Below, in pieces: positions 10,749-21,606 of a stretch of DNA of 64,000 nucleotides. This DNA is from Candidatus Bathyarchaeota archaeon. Lineage in GTDB: Archaea > Thermoproteota > Bathyarchaeia > Bathyarchaeales > Bathycorpusculaceae. A program made the translations under genes and the position numbers. A model generated the notes under the pieces. It searched no databases and had not been told where the DNA came from. It worked only from the letters and a program-made list of their open reading frames with translations. The stretch lies in the NCBI GenBank assembly GCA_963833575.1, contig CAWHXY010000007.1, forward strand, positions 608,001 to 672,000, given 5' to 3'. Position 1 is the first letter of the stretch, and each line of letters starts with the position of its first letter.

Positions 10749-12383
10749 ATGAGCCAAAATCAAATGTTCTGTTATCAATGTGAACAGACAGCCAAAGGTC
10801 AGGGCTGTACAGTAGCGGGCGTTTGCGGAAAAACAGCAGATGTTGCTGCGCTTCAAGATTTGCTTGTCTATATGCTAAGAGGACTTAGCCAACTCTCAGT
10901 TGAAGCTGCGAAAGCTGGCGCAAAAGACGAGAAAATCGGTGTTTTTACATGCGAAGCATTATTTGCAACTCTAACAAACGTAAATTTTGATCCAGAGTCA
11001 ATAGCAACGTACATAAAGAAAACTGCACAGTTACAAGAAGAATTACGCAGCAGAATAGTTGCAATAAAAGGTAAAGTTAACTCCACATTCAATTTAACGC
11101 TAAAAGAAACAACGGCAGACTTAATTGCGCAAGGAAAGCATTATGGAATAAACTCTGATCCAGCAATGGATCCAGATTTGCATTCGCTTCAGTGGCTTCT
11201 AACTTATGGGTTAAAGGGAGTAGCCGCTTACACATATCATGCTTACCTTCTTGGTAAGAGCGATGAAAAAGTTTTCGATTTTATCTCTGAAGGGCTCGTA
11301 GCTCCATTCGACAAATCACTTGGCGTTAATGAGTTTGTAGGATTAGTTTTCAAATGCGGCGAAACTAATGTACGTGCAATGGAACTTCTTGATGCAGGAA
11401 ACACCGAAAAATATGGTCATCCAGTCCCAACAAAGGTACCTTTGGGGCACAAAAAAGGAAAAGCAATACTTGTCTCAGGACACGACCTCATCGATTTGGA
11501 ACAAATTCTAAAACAAAGCCAAGACAAAAACATCACTGTCTACACACATGGAGAAATGCTTCCCACACACGGCTACCCAAAACTCAACAAATACCCAAAC
11601 TTCTACGCTCACTACGGAACAGCATGGCAAAACCAACAAAAAGAATTCGCCCAATTCCCCGGAGCCATACTAATGACTACAAACTGCATCCAAAGACCCG
11701 TCGAAAGCTACAAAGACAACATTTTCACTGCAGGGCCAGTAGCTTACCCAGGCGTGCAACATATAACTAACATGGACTTTTCTGCAGTGATAAACAAAGC
11801 GTTAGCGATGCCGGGTTTCCAAGAAGACACAGAAGGAAAAAGCGTTCTGGTGGGCTTCGGCAGAAACGCCGTCCTAAGCGTAGCAAGCAAAGTTATCGAA
11901 TCTGTCAAGAGTGGACACATTAAACGTTTCATATTAGTAGGCGGTTGCGATGGAGCCAAACCAGGAAGAAGCTACTACACAGAATTCGTAGAAAAAGCAC
12001 CCAGCAACACAATCATCTTAACATTGGCATGCGGCAAATTCCGTTTCTTCGACAAAGAATTGGGAACAATCGATGACATCCCAAGGTTGCTCGACATTGG
12101 ACAATGCAATGACGCATACTCCGCAGTCAAAATCGCTCAAGCATTAGCTGACGCCTTTGGCGTACAAGTCAACGATTTGCCACTATCTATAGTGCTATCA
12201 TGGTACGAACAAAAAGCCGTAGCAATCTTGCTATCACTGCTTTACTTGGGTATAAAAGATATGCGCATCGGACCAAGCCTGCCAGCATTCATAACACCAA
12301 ACATACTAAAGGTGCTAGTGGAAAAATTCAACATCATGCCCATTAAAACAGTAGACGAAGACCTCAAAGCTATCATGAAATAA
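10749..12383 (+). CDS. hcp: hybrid cluster protein (hydroxylamine reductase)
   Basis: MFCYQCEQT..GC..GVCGK, SGHDL, THGEMLP, GGCDG, GQCND, SWYEQKA. Confidence 0.97.
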   Translation: MSQNQMFCYQCEQTAKGQGCTVAGVCGKTADVAALQDLLVYMLRGLSQLSVEAAKAGAKDEKIGVFTCEALFATLTNVNFDPESIATYIKKTAQLQEELRSRIVAIKGKVNSTFNLTLKETTADLIAQGKHYGINSDPAMDPDLHSLQWLLTYGLKGVAAYTYHAYLLGKSDEKVFDFISEGLVAPFDKSLGVNEFVGLVFKCGETNVRAMELLDAGNTEKYGHPVPTKVPLGHKKGKAILVSGHDLIDLEQILKQSQDKNITVYTHGEMLPTHGYPKLNKYPNFYAHYGTAWQNQQKEFAQFPGAILMTTNCIQRPVESYKDNIFTAGPVAYPGVQHITNMDFSAVINKALAMPGFQEDTEGKSVLVGFGRNAVLSVASKVIESVKSGHIKRFILVGGCDGAKPGRSYYTEFVEKAPSNTIILTLACGKFRFFDKELGTIDDIPRLLDIGQCNDAYSAVKIAQALADAFGVQVNDLPLSIVLSWYEQKAVAILLSLLYLGIKDMRIGPSLPAFITPNILKVLVEKFNIMPIKTVDEDLKAIMK

Positions 12384-12387
12384 ACCG

Positions 12388-12430
12388 CTTTCTTTTTCTT
12401 TGTTCTTTTTTTCTTCGGTCTTTTTCTCTC
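12388..12430 (+). terminator. oligo-T/pyrimidine-rich archaeal terminator after hcp
   Basis: Several T-runs immediately after the stop codon. Confidence 0.5.
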
Positions 12431-12722
12431 TCACTACCCCTTCTCTTAGGGTTTACCGGAAGATACTACTAGGAACATCTATAGGATCCTAATACGCCGA
12501 AAAAACCGTCGCGTAATGAACCCGAAAACACGGTTCAGCTTTAGGCACATTCAAGGAAAACATTCTGCTAAAAAGTAAGTATCTTTATGACGGCACATTT
12601 GTTTTTCTTCGTTGGACTTTTAATTTGGATTTTTATCTTTCGAAATTAAGTTTTGCTATAGGCCGAGTTAATGCTTTATAAAGTAAGGCGCATAACAGCA
12701 AAGCCTATGAGGGAAACCAAGT

Positions 12723-13667
12723 TTGCCCAATCCGCTGCTAAGTCAAAAAGGTAAAGCTATCTTTATTACCCTGCTGGCTGGAGCATTATGGGGCACTTCT
12801 TTTCCAATAACAAAAATTGGGTTAACAGACACTGACCCGTTTGCATTTGTGTTCTGGCGGTTTCTAGTTTCAGCCTCAACTCTTTTAATAATCATGATAC
12901 TTCTAAAGAAAATGGATTTCAGAAAAATTCCAGACGTTAAACTTCTGGTTTTTCTTGGAATCACAAACGCCAGTGGCTATCTGCTCCAATATGTTGCTAT
13001 GGGGTCCACCACAGCGGCGAAAGCTGCGCTTTTCATAAATTTGAGCGCCATATGGGTTGCCCTTCTAAGTCCCAAACTGCTCGGTGAAACCTTCTCCAGA
13101 AAAAAAATCGTCGGCATAATCATTGGACTATTCGGCATCGTTTTTGTTAGCACAAACTTAGATTTTGCATCGTTAAGCGGTGGGCAATCCTTAGCAGACA
13201 TAACGCTTGTTATTTCAGGGTTCACTTGGGCAATATTTATGATCTACAATAAGAAGCTGGTTTCAAATTCCACTACTTCAGCAACTTTTCAATCGATGAC
13301 TTGGATCCTTTTGTTCACCTTCTTCTCCATAGCACCGTTTGCACTGTTGGCTGGACCTAACTTGTTTGATTTGTCAAGTTTTGCGTGGTTAGGGATTTTT
13401 TGGACTGCAATTGTTTGCTGGGTCATACCTTACTATTTGTGGCTTAAAGGGCTCAAACATCTTTCCGCCTCAACTTCAACTGTTTTGTTGTTGTCGGAAA
13501 TTGTGATGGCAGTTATCTTATCCATCGTTGTGCTAAAAGAACCAGTTACTGTATTTTCAAGTATTGGCGCATTCTTAATTGTCATAGCAATAGCACTTGT
13601 TTCCGTGCAAAATAAAAAAGCAAACAGCGGTAAAACCTCGTTGATTGACACTTTGGATAACGCTTAA
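12723..13667 (+). CDS. DMT/EamA family transporter
   Basis: LWGTSF..KIGL, two EamA repeats, about 10 TM segments. Confidence 0.9.
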   Translation: MPNPLLSQKGKAIFITLLAGALWGTSFPITKIGLTDTDPFAFVFWRFLVSASTLLIIMILLKKMDFRKIPDVKLLVFLGITNASGYLLQYVAMGSTTAAKAALFINLSAIWVALLSPKLLGETFSRKKIVGIIIGLFGIVFVSTNLDFASLSGGQSLADITLVISGFTWAIFMIYNKKLVSNSTTSATFQSMTWILLFTFFSIAPFALLAGPNLFDLSSFAWLGIFWTAIVCWVIPYYLWLKGLKHLSASTSTVLLLSEIVMAVILSIVVLKEPVTVFSSIGAFLIVIAIALVSVQNKKANSGKTSLIDTLDNA

Positions 13668-13692
13668 GCTTAAATACATAAAGTTGCGATAA

Positions 13693-14556
13693 ATGGCTGG
13701 GGAGAAAATAAAAAAAATGGCAAAAAACCTGACAATGGTTCTAGTTGTAATAATGCTCATTGTAGGCTTTGGTATCGGAATAATCGCTAGTCCGTTTATA
13801 GTGGCATCGAATAATTCATCGACAGACACAGTATGGACAAATATTGAGAAAAGAGGATACATTAACGTTGGGACAGACCCAAGTTGGCCACCCTATGAAC
13901 AGCTTGATAACGCGACAGGTGCAATCGTTGGATTCGAAGTTGATTTGGCAAACGCCTGCGCACAACAATTGGGGCTGACTATTCATTGGCATGATGTAAG
14001 CTTTGACGACATTATAACTGAGGTCCAAAATGGTCAACTCGACATGGGTGTTAGCGGTTTCTCAATAACAGCAGATAGACTTAACAGTGTATCATTTACC
14101 ATCCCACACACCACAACAGCGGCTCAACTCATCATGACTCAAAGCGAAATCAACAAGTTACACATAACCAATGGCACCATAACATCGCTAGCAGACGTCA
14201 AGAATCTAGGCTTGACTGTTGGAACTCAAGATGGCACAACTGAACAATCAGAGCTCCAAGCAGCTGGAGTTTCTGTGCGATCATGGGGAAGCTTTGCGGA
14301 TTCCATTCAGGACATGGCAAGCGCAAATCCAAGTGTACAGGCAGTTTATGCTGAAACTCCAATAACGACCGCTTGGATTGCTCAATACGCAGCTCAAGGC
14401 GTACCTATCGGCATTGTATACCAGCATCCATACTATCCATGTGCATTCGTAGTAAACAAAAACGCTCAAACTTTCCTTGCGAAATTTGACGGTGCAATTT
14501 CAAACATAATCAGTACAGGTCAACTAGATCAATTGAAAGCTAAATGGAATGCTTAA
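13693..14556 (+). CDS. polar amino-acid ABC transporter substrate-binding protein
   Basis: GTDPSWPPYE, GFEVDLA, ITADRL..VSFT, GTQDGTT. Confidence 0.9.
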   Translation: MAGEKIKKMAKNLTMVLVVIMLIVGFGIGIIASPFIVASNNSSTDTVWTNIEKRGYINVGTDPSWPPYEQLDNATGAIVGFEVDLANACAQQLGLTIHWHDVSFDDIITEVQNGQLDMGVSGFSITADRLNSVSFTIPHTTTAAQLIMTQSEINKLHITNGTITSLADVKNLGLTVGTQDGTTEQSELQAAGVSVRSWGSFADSIQDMASANPSVQAVYAETPITTAWIAQYAAQGVPIGIVYQHPYYPCAFVVNKNAQTFLAKFDGAISNIISTGQLDQLKAKWNA

Positions 14557-14572
14557 ACAAACGTGATTTGGC

Positions 14573-15223
14573 TTGGATGTTGGGCAAGAACTAATTTTCC
14601 TGATAGAGGGAGTCCCCCTCACTTTTTCCGTTTCCATCATCGCCTTTTTCGTTGGTTTGGGTATAGGGCTACCGTTGGCTTTCCTACGTGTATATGACGC
14701 TGAAGTTGGTTTCATCGTTGATGTATATGAGAAAGTCTTCAGGGGCATACCAGAAATTGTTCTAATGCTATTTCTTTTCTTCGGTTTAGGCCCAATCTTC
14801 AATTTTCCCTTCGGTAATCCTTTCTTTGTAGCAGCCCTGGTTCTGGGCTTGTCCAGCGGTGCTGATCAGTCTCAAATTTTCAGAGGCGCAATTCGAGGCG
14901 TCGGAGACGAGCAGATGATTGCTGCCCAATCCGTTGGCTGCTCTAAATGGAAGGGAATTTGGCATATTATGGTTCCTCAAGTTTTAACTTTTTCAACCTC
15001 AAGCTTAGGAAGCGAGTACGCGCTTTTAATCAAGAATTCATCGTATGTGTGGGTTATAGGCATATTAGATATCATGCAAAAAGCGCTTTATCTAAAAGTC
15101 GCGGATTATGACCCTATCGTCCCTTTCATCTTCGCAGCTGTATTATACGTTGCACTTACCTTTCCAATTGCTTTGTATCTTGATCGGTTAGGAAATAAAA
15201 GAAAGAAAAAAATAGGATTGTAG
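14573..15223 (+). CDS. amino-acid ABC transporter permease
   Basis: FRGIPEIV, EAA-like loop, PQ, LIKNSS. Confidence 0.9.
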   Translation: MDVGQELIFLIEGVPLTFSVSIIAFFVGLGIGLPLAFLRVYDAEVGFIVDVYEKVFRGIPEIVLMLFLFFGLGPIFNFPFGNPFFVAALVLGLSSGADQSQIFRGAIRGVGDEQMIAAQSVGCSKWKGIWHIMVPQVLTFSTSSLGSEYALLIKNSSYVWVIGILDIMQKALYLKVADYDPIVPFIFAAVLYVALTFPIALYLDRLGNKRKKKIGL

Positions 15224-15227
15224 AAAA

Positions 15228-15980
15228 ATGAGCGACATTATAATGGAAGCCAAAAACGTCTGCAAAAACTATGGCAAACTTGAAGCTGTAAAAGACGTGT
15301 CACTGCAAATCAGAAAAGGTGACATAAAACTGATCTTTGGCCCCAGTGGTTCCGGAAAAAGCACGTTTCTTCGCTGCATGGCAATGCTAGATATGCCTGA
15401 GTCGGGCGAAATTTACCTCAAAGAAGAATGCATCACAAAACCAGGCGTAGATTTGAATAAAGCGCGAGCAAGAATAGGCTACGTTTTTCAACACATTTAC
15501 CTGTTTAGGAATCTTACGGCTTTGGGAAACGTAGAGTTGGCTCTTAAACACGTGCTTAAATTGCCGAAAGATCAGGCGCGTGAGCGCGCGTTAGCCGCGT
15601 TAAAAGAAGTGAAAGTGCTTGAGTGCAAAGACCGCTATCCCTCCCAAATGTCTGGCGGGCAAGCGCAAAGAGTAGGAATCGCACGTGCCATCGCCCGCAA
15701 CCCCGACATCATATTACTCGATGAACCCACATCAGCTTTAGACCCTGAACTTACAGGAGAAGTCATCGACACGTTAAGAGATCTTGCACATGAAGGAACA
15801 ACCATGCTTATCGTTAGTCACGAGATGCCGTTTGCACGTGAAGTTGCCGAAGAGATGATTTTCTATGACGAGGGAAGCATCTTAGAAACAGGAACGCCAG
15901 ATCACTTTTTCAATGCACCTGATAGTGATCGAGCAAAAAAATTCATGACGAGAATAATTAACAAAACAACCCGAGAATAA
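15228..15980 (+). CDS. amino-acid ABC transporter ATP-binding protein
   Basis: GPSGSGKST, MSGGQAQR, DEPTSALDPEL, SHEMPFA. Confidence 0.92.
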   Translation: MSDIIMEAKNVCKNYGKLEAVKDVSLQIRKGDIKLIFGPSGSGKSTFLRCMAMLDMPESGEIYLKEECITKPGVDLNKARARIGYVFQHIYLFRNLTALGNVELALKHVLKLPKDQARERALAALKEVKVLECKDRYPSQMSGGQAQRVGIARAIARNPDIILLDEPTSALDPELTGEVIDTLRDLAHEGTTMLIVSHEMPFAREVAEEMIFYDEGSILETGTPDHFFNAPDSDRAKKFMTRIINKTTRE

Positions 15981-15983
15981 ACA

Positions 15984-16661
15984 ATGTTTGGACAATTTGG
16001 GCCTGTCTTGCTTCATTGGAATTGGATCCTTCAAGGACTACAGTTGACAATTGAAATTACGCTTTTCGGGGTCTTTTTAGGGCTAGCTTTGGCAATCGTG
16101 CTGGCAATTGGCGATATTTACGGAAACAAGGTACTTAAGGGAATTATCGCAGTTTATGTAGAAGCTTTTAGAGGCAGTCCATTGCTTGTTCAATTATTAA
16201 TAGCTGAATACACCATACCAGCAATAACGCATATTCCAATTGACCCGTATATTACAGCTTTCGTAGTTTTTGGAATAAACAGTGCCGCATACCAGAAAGG
16301 CTACCTCAAAGGGGCAATGGAAACCATATACGAAGATCAAATGCAAGCTGGGCTGTCAACAGGTATGTCCAAATGGCAAACCTTAAGGTACGTCATTATT
16401 CCTCAAGCTTTGCGTATTGTTATTCCTTCGTGGACAAACGAGTTCTGCTCTCTAACAAAGAGTTCCTCTGTTGTATCTTATGTGGGATTATATGACGTAG
16501 TGGGCGCAGGCAGAGAAGTAATTGGACAATTCTATATTGTTCTCCCAGTCTGGTTAGTCATTGGATTAATTTATCTAGCGTGGATTACCGGGTTCACGAA
16601 ATTAATGGATTACATTTACGAGAAAAAGAAGATTCCTGGCGTAGAACTGCTAATGCAGTAA
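15984..16661 (+). CDS. amino-acid ABC transporter permease
   Basis: FRGSPLLVQL, IIPQALR, NEF..LTKSSS. Confidence 0.9.
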   Translation: MFGQFGPVLLHWNWILQGLQLTIEITLFGVFLGLALAIVLAIGDIYGNKVLKGIIAVYVEAFRGSPLLVQLLIAEYTIPAITHIPIDPYITAFVVFGINSAAYQKGYLKGAMETIYEDQMQAGLSTGMSKWQTLRYVIIPQALRIVIPSWTNEFCSLTKSSSVVSYVGLYDVVGAGREVIGQFYIVLPVWLVIGLIYLAWITGFTKLMDYIYEKKKIPGVELLMQ

Positions 16662-16970
16662 ACGGAGCGTTTAGACGTTTAGTTTCTTAATTAGCCACGC
16701 AATGCAATTCTGCCCAAGCTTACCGAATAATTATTCAGTCTTGGACCAATGAGTTTTGTTCTTTGACAAAAAACACTTCAACATTTAAAGTTCTTTTATT
16801 CGAGCAGTTGAAATAAAGTTATGTTTATCAAAGCTTTCGTTTGAATTTTACTTTATTCTCATCCTAATACTAAAGTCTACTCTTAATTTCTTAGGATAAT
16901 ACAGAAAAAAACAAGTTAGAACTGAGGTGAGCTTTCGATGCCTTCAAGCTGTGAGTTCTGTTCAAATATT

Positions 16971-17578
16971 TCAAATCAAATTGACTATTGATTTGTACTC
17001 TATTTTTGCAACAGTATAGTTCTCTTGCACACTTGGGTTGATAATGTAAAAAGTTAATACCTGACCTATTTTTTGTACTGGTGAATAATCGGTTGCTGAA
17101 ACTAATGGTCCCCAACTTTCTGGAACACTGAAATTCTGAGAACTTCCAGCGTCAATGTACATTGATTGCGTGGTTGAGTTTTCCGTTGTGGAAGTTGGTC
17201 CAATTGGTTGTCCAATGACATTGTAACCCTCAATGGTTTGTATCATGACAACTGAGAAAGTTCCGCTCTGATTATCAAGATTCATTACGCTAACATAACT
17301 TGGAAAATACAAGTTTTGGGAAAACGAGTTCTTAGAATCTATTGTTCCATGAATTGGTAATTACTTTGCAGAGTTTTCGTTCTTTGCTCTTGTATAGCGA
17401 TCTTTATGGGAATTATAGGTTCTGTTACAACAAGAATAATTGCAATCGTAATTACAACAGCTAAAACTGGCACGATAAGTCGTTTGTATTTGGACAGATA
17501 TTTGTTTGGAGTTTTGGGAATCAAAGTAGTTTGTCTGAAGTATTTACGCTTCATCTTAGGTCGGATATTGCTTACCAT
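16971..17578 (-). pseudogene. membrane-anchored protein split by a 1-bp frameshift near 17350
   Basis: TM-bearing ORF 17339..17593 overlaps an open second frame (GTIDSKNSFSQNLYFPSY) that continues into ORF 16971..17312. Confidence 0.6.
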
Positions 17579-17615
17579 AAAAACATAAAGCAATCATAAC
17601 AGATAAAAGGCTACT

Positions 17616-17657
17616 CGTAAAAGTTCCTTGACTGAGTTTAGTCAAACTTTCTTGACT
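17616..17657. repeat. family A four-hexamer junction element, copy 1
   Basis: CGTAAA agttcc TTGACT gagttt AGTCAA actttc TTGACT. Confidence 0.9.
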
Positions 17658-18403
17658 TGGCTGGTTTTTCGATGCCTAAGCATTAACAGAAGAGGTATCG
17701 CTCCGAGGATTGCAAATAGTGCTCCAATAATCAGTGAAGAGGAAATGAGACTGTTCCATGACATCTTTAGGTCTGAATACCAATCTGGTAACAAATAGTT
17801 GTTGCTTTCAAAGTTGACCCATAAGTTGGATAAACCAAAAAAGAGAATGCTTGTACCACCAGCAAGAGAAACAGATGCAAGTCTTCTTCCAATGCCAATA
17901 CCCCATATTATTCCGAGAACAATCAAGAAAGAACCAATTAAGAGGTACCCCAAAAGAGTTACCTGCATATTGAACACCACTAACGAGATTAAAAATTGTG
18001 GCGAAACATCAGGCGGCACAATATCTTGTACTGGGACGGACAAATTCCAAAAATCAATAATATTGATATACCAATGTACCCAATAAACCAATAAAATGTA
18101 CGTTACAATTGCTATGAGCGTAAATCCAACTGCTATTAAGCAGTAGAACACTTTGCTTTTGATTTGTCGAATTATTGCAATCCCGATAACGGCAGAAAAT
18201 GCCCCTGCAATTAAGCAAACGCTAATGAGTGGTGCTTGAACATACCAGAAATAAAATCGATTCAGATAGCCCTCGGCTGAAAACTCGTTGATTTCAAGAT
18301 AATATGCTAATATGACTACTGCAATAATAATTAAGGCTAATCCGATAGCAACTGGAATGTATCCTCGTTTGTCTTTTTTCTTTGTCTTTTCCAAAGTTGC
18401 CAT
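17642..18403 (-). CDS. multi-pass membrane protein
   Basis: About 6 hydrophobic segments; ends RHRKTSQVKKV with stop inside repeat A1. Confidence 0.75.
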   Translation of the reverse strand: MATLEKTKKKDKRGYIPVAIGLALIIIAVVILAYYLEINEFSAEGYLNRFYFWYVQAPLISVCLIAGAFSAVIGIAIIRQIKSKVFYCLIAVGFTLIAIVTYILLVYWVHWYINIIDFWNLSVPVQDIVPPDVSPQFLISLVVFNMQVTLLGYLLIGSFLIVLGIIWGIGIGRRLASVSLAGGTSILFFGLSNLWVNFESNNYLLPDWYSDLKMSWNSLISSSLIIGALFAILGAIPLLLMLRHRKTSQVKKV

Positions 18404-18405
18404 AA

Positions 18406-19570
18406 CTACTCACTCAAGTTAGCGGTTTTTCGACTCCTTCGATAAATCAGCAATAGGACAACGACAACTAAGATGATTACGAGAGATGTAATTAAAATAA
18501 TCATAAGAGCACTCAGATATGGAAGCGGATGATGGTCAACGTTATTAGCGTCAATAACATAAGCAAACGGGTTATTGTAATCACTCCAATAATTGCCAGT
18601 TGACCCTTTATCCCATAAAACCATATCTGTTCCATTATTAACATAGCCAACGTCATATGGAAACGCATGTTCGACTTTTGCGTTTATTTTATTGTAGATA
18701 AAATGATTGTTATAGACAACGTTTCCTATACCTAATGGGTAGCCATCAACTCTAAGTGGAGCGAGAGATGAAGCTGTTGCAAAATTCATCAGGTCAATGC
18801 CTATTTGATTGTAGGCTAAATTATTATCCTGTACGATAGAATCACTACAATTTTCGCCAAATTGGATACCGTATCCAGTATTGTATGCTATGTTATTACT
18901 GTTAATGTAGAAAGGACCGTAAAAGCGAATAAGCACACCATTTGCATTATGTGATATATCGTTGTGATTCACAGTTACATTTTGGCTTGAATCAATAATT
19001 ATCGCTGTACCTTTGTTATCAGTTATGGTATTGTTTGAGATTTATGCTATTTGACGAAGCGAAGTAAATACCGTAGCCATCATTATTTGTTATGCTGTTT
19101 GAAGAGATAACGTTATTATCGCTAACTTCTGAGTCAATTCCTGCAAATTCGGAGTTTTCAATTTTGTTGTTGGTTATTTTGCAATTGCTGTTTGGCAAGT
19201 GTATTGCCGTTGGATAAAAACTACTGATAATTGTAAAACCTGAAAGGACAACATTATCGACTGTAATATCAATTAAGGCATTTGCGTAATAACTTGCTGT
19301 TCCTTCAATAGTTGTTGCTTGGTTATCCTGTCCGATTAATGAAACAGATTTGTTAATAGTTATTCCCGTGAATCCTGTAATATTGTATATTCCATCTTTT
19401 ACATACACGGTGTCTCCTGCACTTGCATTGCCTATTGCTTCTTGAATGGTTGGGTATTGGTCGGGAACAACAAGCGTTTTTGGGGAATCAGCCTTAACAA
19501 CAGAGTTTGAAACTAAAACTAACGACATTCCAAAAAAGAAAACAATCACTAAGGCTAAACACTTGTTCAT
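18406..19570 (-). pseudogene. NosD/CASH right-handed beta-helix surface protein, frameshifted near 19042
   Basis: VPDQYPTIQEAI..GDTVYVKDG, Asn-ladder repeats, GNYWSDY, C-terminal TM + RRSRKTAN; removing one A joins both ORFs. Confidence 0.8.
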
Positions 19571-19629
19571 ACTACCCCATCCCTCTTCCTTAATCTTGTC
19601 ATGGGCTGATGGTTCAATAAAAGTATTGC

Positions 19630-19671
19630 AGTAAAACTTCCTTGACTGCTATTAGTTAAACTTTCTTGACT
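19630..19671. repeat. family A element, copy 2
   Basis: AGTAAA acttcc TTGACT gctatt AGTTAA actttc TTGACT. Confidence 0.88.
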
Positions 19672-19703
19672 TGCTGTCTTCAAGTCTTCTTTTCAAGTGT
19701 TTT

Positions 19704-19790
19704 AAACTCAAACCCTCCGGCATTTTAGGCGGGGAATCGAATTGAACCCACACTCCAGTAGAGATTTCACCCGCATTTCCCCTTTTTTTT
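19704..19790. repeat. family B repeat, copy 1
   Basis: AACTCAAACCCTCCGGCATTTTAGGCGGGGAATCGAATTGAACCCACACTCC..., ending in a T-run. Confidence 0.85.
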
Positions 19791-19864
19791 ACGTGAACCT
19801 TCCTTTTATCAAGGTAATCGTTTAGAGTTCAGTTTAAATTCTGGAAACCAAACGAAAGAAAGCA

Positions 19865-19919
19865 GGGGGTTGGACTTGTACCCACACTTCTGTGGAAACC
19901 CATCCTCATTTCTTTTTTT
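19865..19919. repeat. family B repeat, degenerate partial copy
   Basis: GGGGGTTGGACTTGTACCCACACTTCTGTGGAAAC... followed by a T-run. Confidence 0.55.
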
Positions 19920-20002
19920 AATCAAATTTTGTTCGAGCTATTCGTCCTGACTACCTTTTAAATCACGATAATTCAATACAGCCAACCTCAAAAAGAAAAA
20001 GC

Positions 20003-20194
20003 ATGACATCTTCTAACCAAAATGTGACTGGCAGTTATGCAGTTTGCCCAAAATGTGGTTTTAAAAGGATAACAAAAGATGGAACCTATAGGATGGAAAC
20101 AAAACATGGAATGAATTTTTTCTTAGTAGATGCTTACGTCTGTGATAATTGCGGTTATATTGAGTTTTATAAGATGAGAGAGCCTATTTTGTGA
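20003..20194 (+). CDS. small Zn-ribbon protein
   Basis: CPKC...YVCDNCGYIEFY. Confidence 0.7.
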   Translation: MTSSNQNVTGSYAVCPKCGFKRITKDGTYRMETKHGMNFFLVDAYVCDNCGYIEFYKMREPIL

Positions 20195-20305
20195 CCAGTT
20201 TTTGAAGAGTACCGCTTTTGCCGTTGCTCCTTTCAATGTTCTTTGTTGCTGTGATAGTTAGGAATCGAAAAACCGCAAACATGAAATGAGATAACAGAGT
20301 CAGGG

Positions 20306-20389
20306 TTGAACTCAAACCCTCGGGCACTTTAGATGGGGAATCGAATTGAACCCACACTCCTTGGAGACTTCTCTGCATCTCCTTTTTTT
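20306..20389. repeat. family B repeat, copy 2
   Basis: TTGAACTCAAACCCTCGGGCACTTTAGATGGGGAATCGAATTGAACCCACACTCC..., ending in a T-run. Confidence 0.85.
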
Positions 20390-20392
20390 GTT

Positions 20393-20683
20393 CTAAGAAG
20401 GGTTCTGTTTTGTGTCTTCGCTCGTAGTTATTATTATTCTTCCTCGAATTCCAAGATAACCTGCCGCTACGACTACCAACCCAAGAATAAATATGACAAT
20501 GCCACCGCTTACATGTGAAAGAGCCCCCGTGTTAGCTAAAGTTATGCTGCCAAAATTAGTTAACCCATTAATGGCATTGAAAAATCCAGAACTTATTAAA
20601 ACAACACCTAATAAAGCAATTATTGCCCAAAAAATCTGTATAGTGGGTCTACCAATCTTGATAATTATCGTCATTCTGGTCAC
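20393..20683 (-). CDS. small two-TM membrane protein
   Basis: Two hydrophobic helices. Confidence 0.6.
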   Translation of the reverse strand: MTRMTIIIKIGRPTIQIFWAIIALLGVVLISSGFFNAINGLTNFGSITLANTGALSHVSGGIVIFILGLVVVAAGYLGIRGRIIITTSEDTKQNPS

Positions 20684-20702
20684 CTTTCATAAGCTACAAC
20701 GC

Positions 20703-21527
20703 TTAAAAGATTTTAGAACTTAATGTTTTTTGATACCTTAGTATTATTGCAACAGAGAGCGTCATGAGAAACAAAGGCAGAATCGCCCACAAAGGAAACT
20801 CCGGAACGGCAGGAGTTGGAGTCGGCGATGATGTTGAAGTTGGCGTTGGAGTTAACGTTGAGTTTAAGGATAACGGGGTAGGCGTTGGGTTTGACGAGGG
20901 AGATGCAGTGATTGAAGTAGAAGTTGACCCGTTAGATATGGTTATGGTTTGTGTGTTGCTCCAACCGCTTGATTGACCTGTAAAGTCTTCAGCACCATAA
21001 AGGGAATAAGGGGAAGGAACCGTTATCCAATACCCTATTGTTGCTTCTACTTGAAAGTCTACTTGACCGCCAGCGATAACTTCGGCTTGACCGGTGTTCC
21101 AGATTGGAGTGTATGAACCATTATACAGGGTCACCTCATAGCTGATGACCGTGTATTCAGAATTACTCGCAGGAACCCATGTGGAAATTGTATTCCATTC
21201 GTTGCCGTTGCTGAAATGTCCTTCTTCCTGAACGTTGTACGTCAAGCTAAGTGTGGTGCCGTTCTCAAGAGCGTTCGCATTAAAAGCTTGGTTTAGAATC
21301 ACAATCTGCACCGTGTCGTTGGCATACGTGTGCGTTACGGTTGCTCCTGTATCCGTATTTGTTGTGTTCACACTGTAAGATGATTCAGTGTATGTTACAC
21401 TAAACTCTGGAGCCGATGGTGTGGGTATCGACTGAGCAAATACGGGTTTAACTATCATTAGACTTAAACTTGAGATAGCGATGATTAGAATCAGAATAAC
21501 TGCGAAACTCTTGATTGTTCTTCCCAT
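20703..21527 (-). CDS. secreted surface protein with Thr/Pro linker and PEF-CTERM-like anchor
   Basis: Signal peptide; C-terminal AVPEFP-TM-basic tail (archaeosortase-type sorting signal). Confidence 0.8.
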   Translation of the reverse strand: MGRTIKSFAVILILIIAISSLSLMIVKPVFAQSIPTPSAPEFSVTYTESSYSVNTTNTDTGATVTHTYANDTVQIVILNQAFNANALENGTTLSLTYNVQEEGHFSNGNEWNTISTWVPASNSEYTVISYEVTLYNGSYTPIWNTGQAEVIAGGQVDFQVEATIGYWITVPSPYSLYGAEDFTGQSSGWSNTQTITISNGSTSTSITASPSSNPTPTPLSLNSTLTPTPTSTSSPTPTPAVPEFPLWAILPLFLMTLSVAIILRYQKTLSSKIF

Positions 21528-21564
21528 AGTTATAGCTAGAAATGATTTTGGATAAAAGACTTCT

Positions 21565-21606
21565 CGTAAAAATATCTTGACTGATTTAAGTCAAAGTTTC
21601 TTGACT
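21565..21606. repeat. family A element, copy 3
   Basis: CGTAAA aatatc TTGACT gattta AGTCAA agtttc TTGACT. Confidence 0.9.

Noticed and set aside
12450-12600. Possible structured RNA between hcp and the EamA gene
   Set aside because: Only one short hairpin and no recognisable riboswitch or ncRNA consensus
17339-17341. Pyrrolysine-type TAG readthrough joining the two ORFs
   Set aside because: The downstream ORF is in a different frame; a 1-bp indel explains it
20184-20378. ORF MQRSLQGVWVQFDSP... as a conserved gene of family B
   Set aside because: Start and frame are not preserved between B copies
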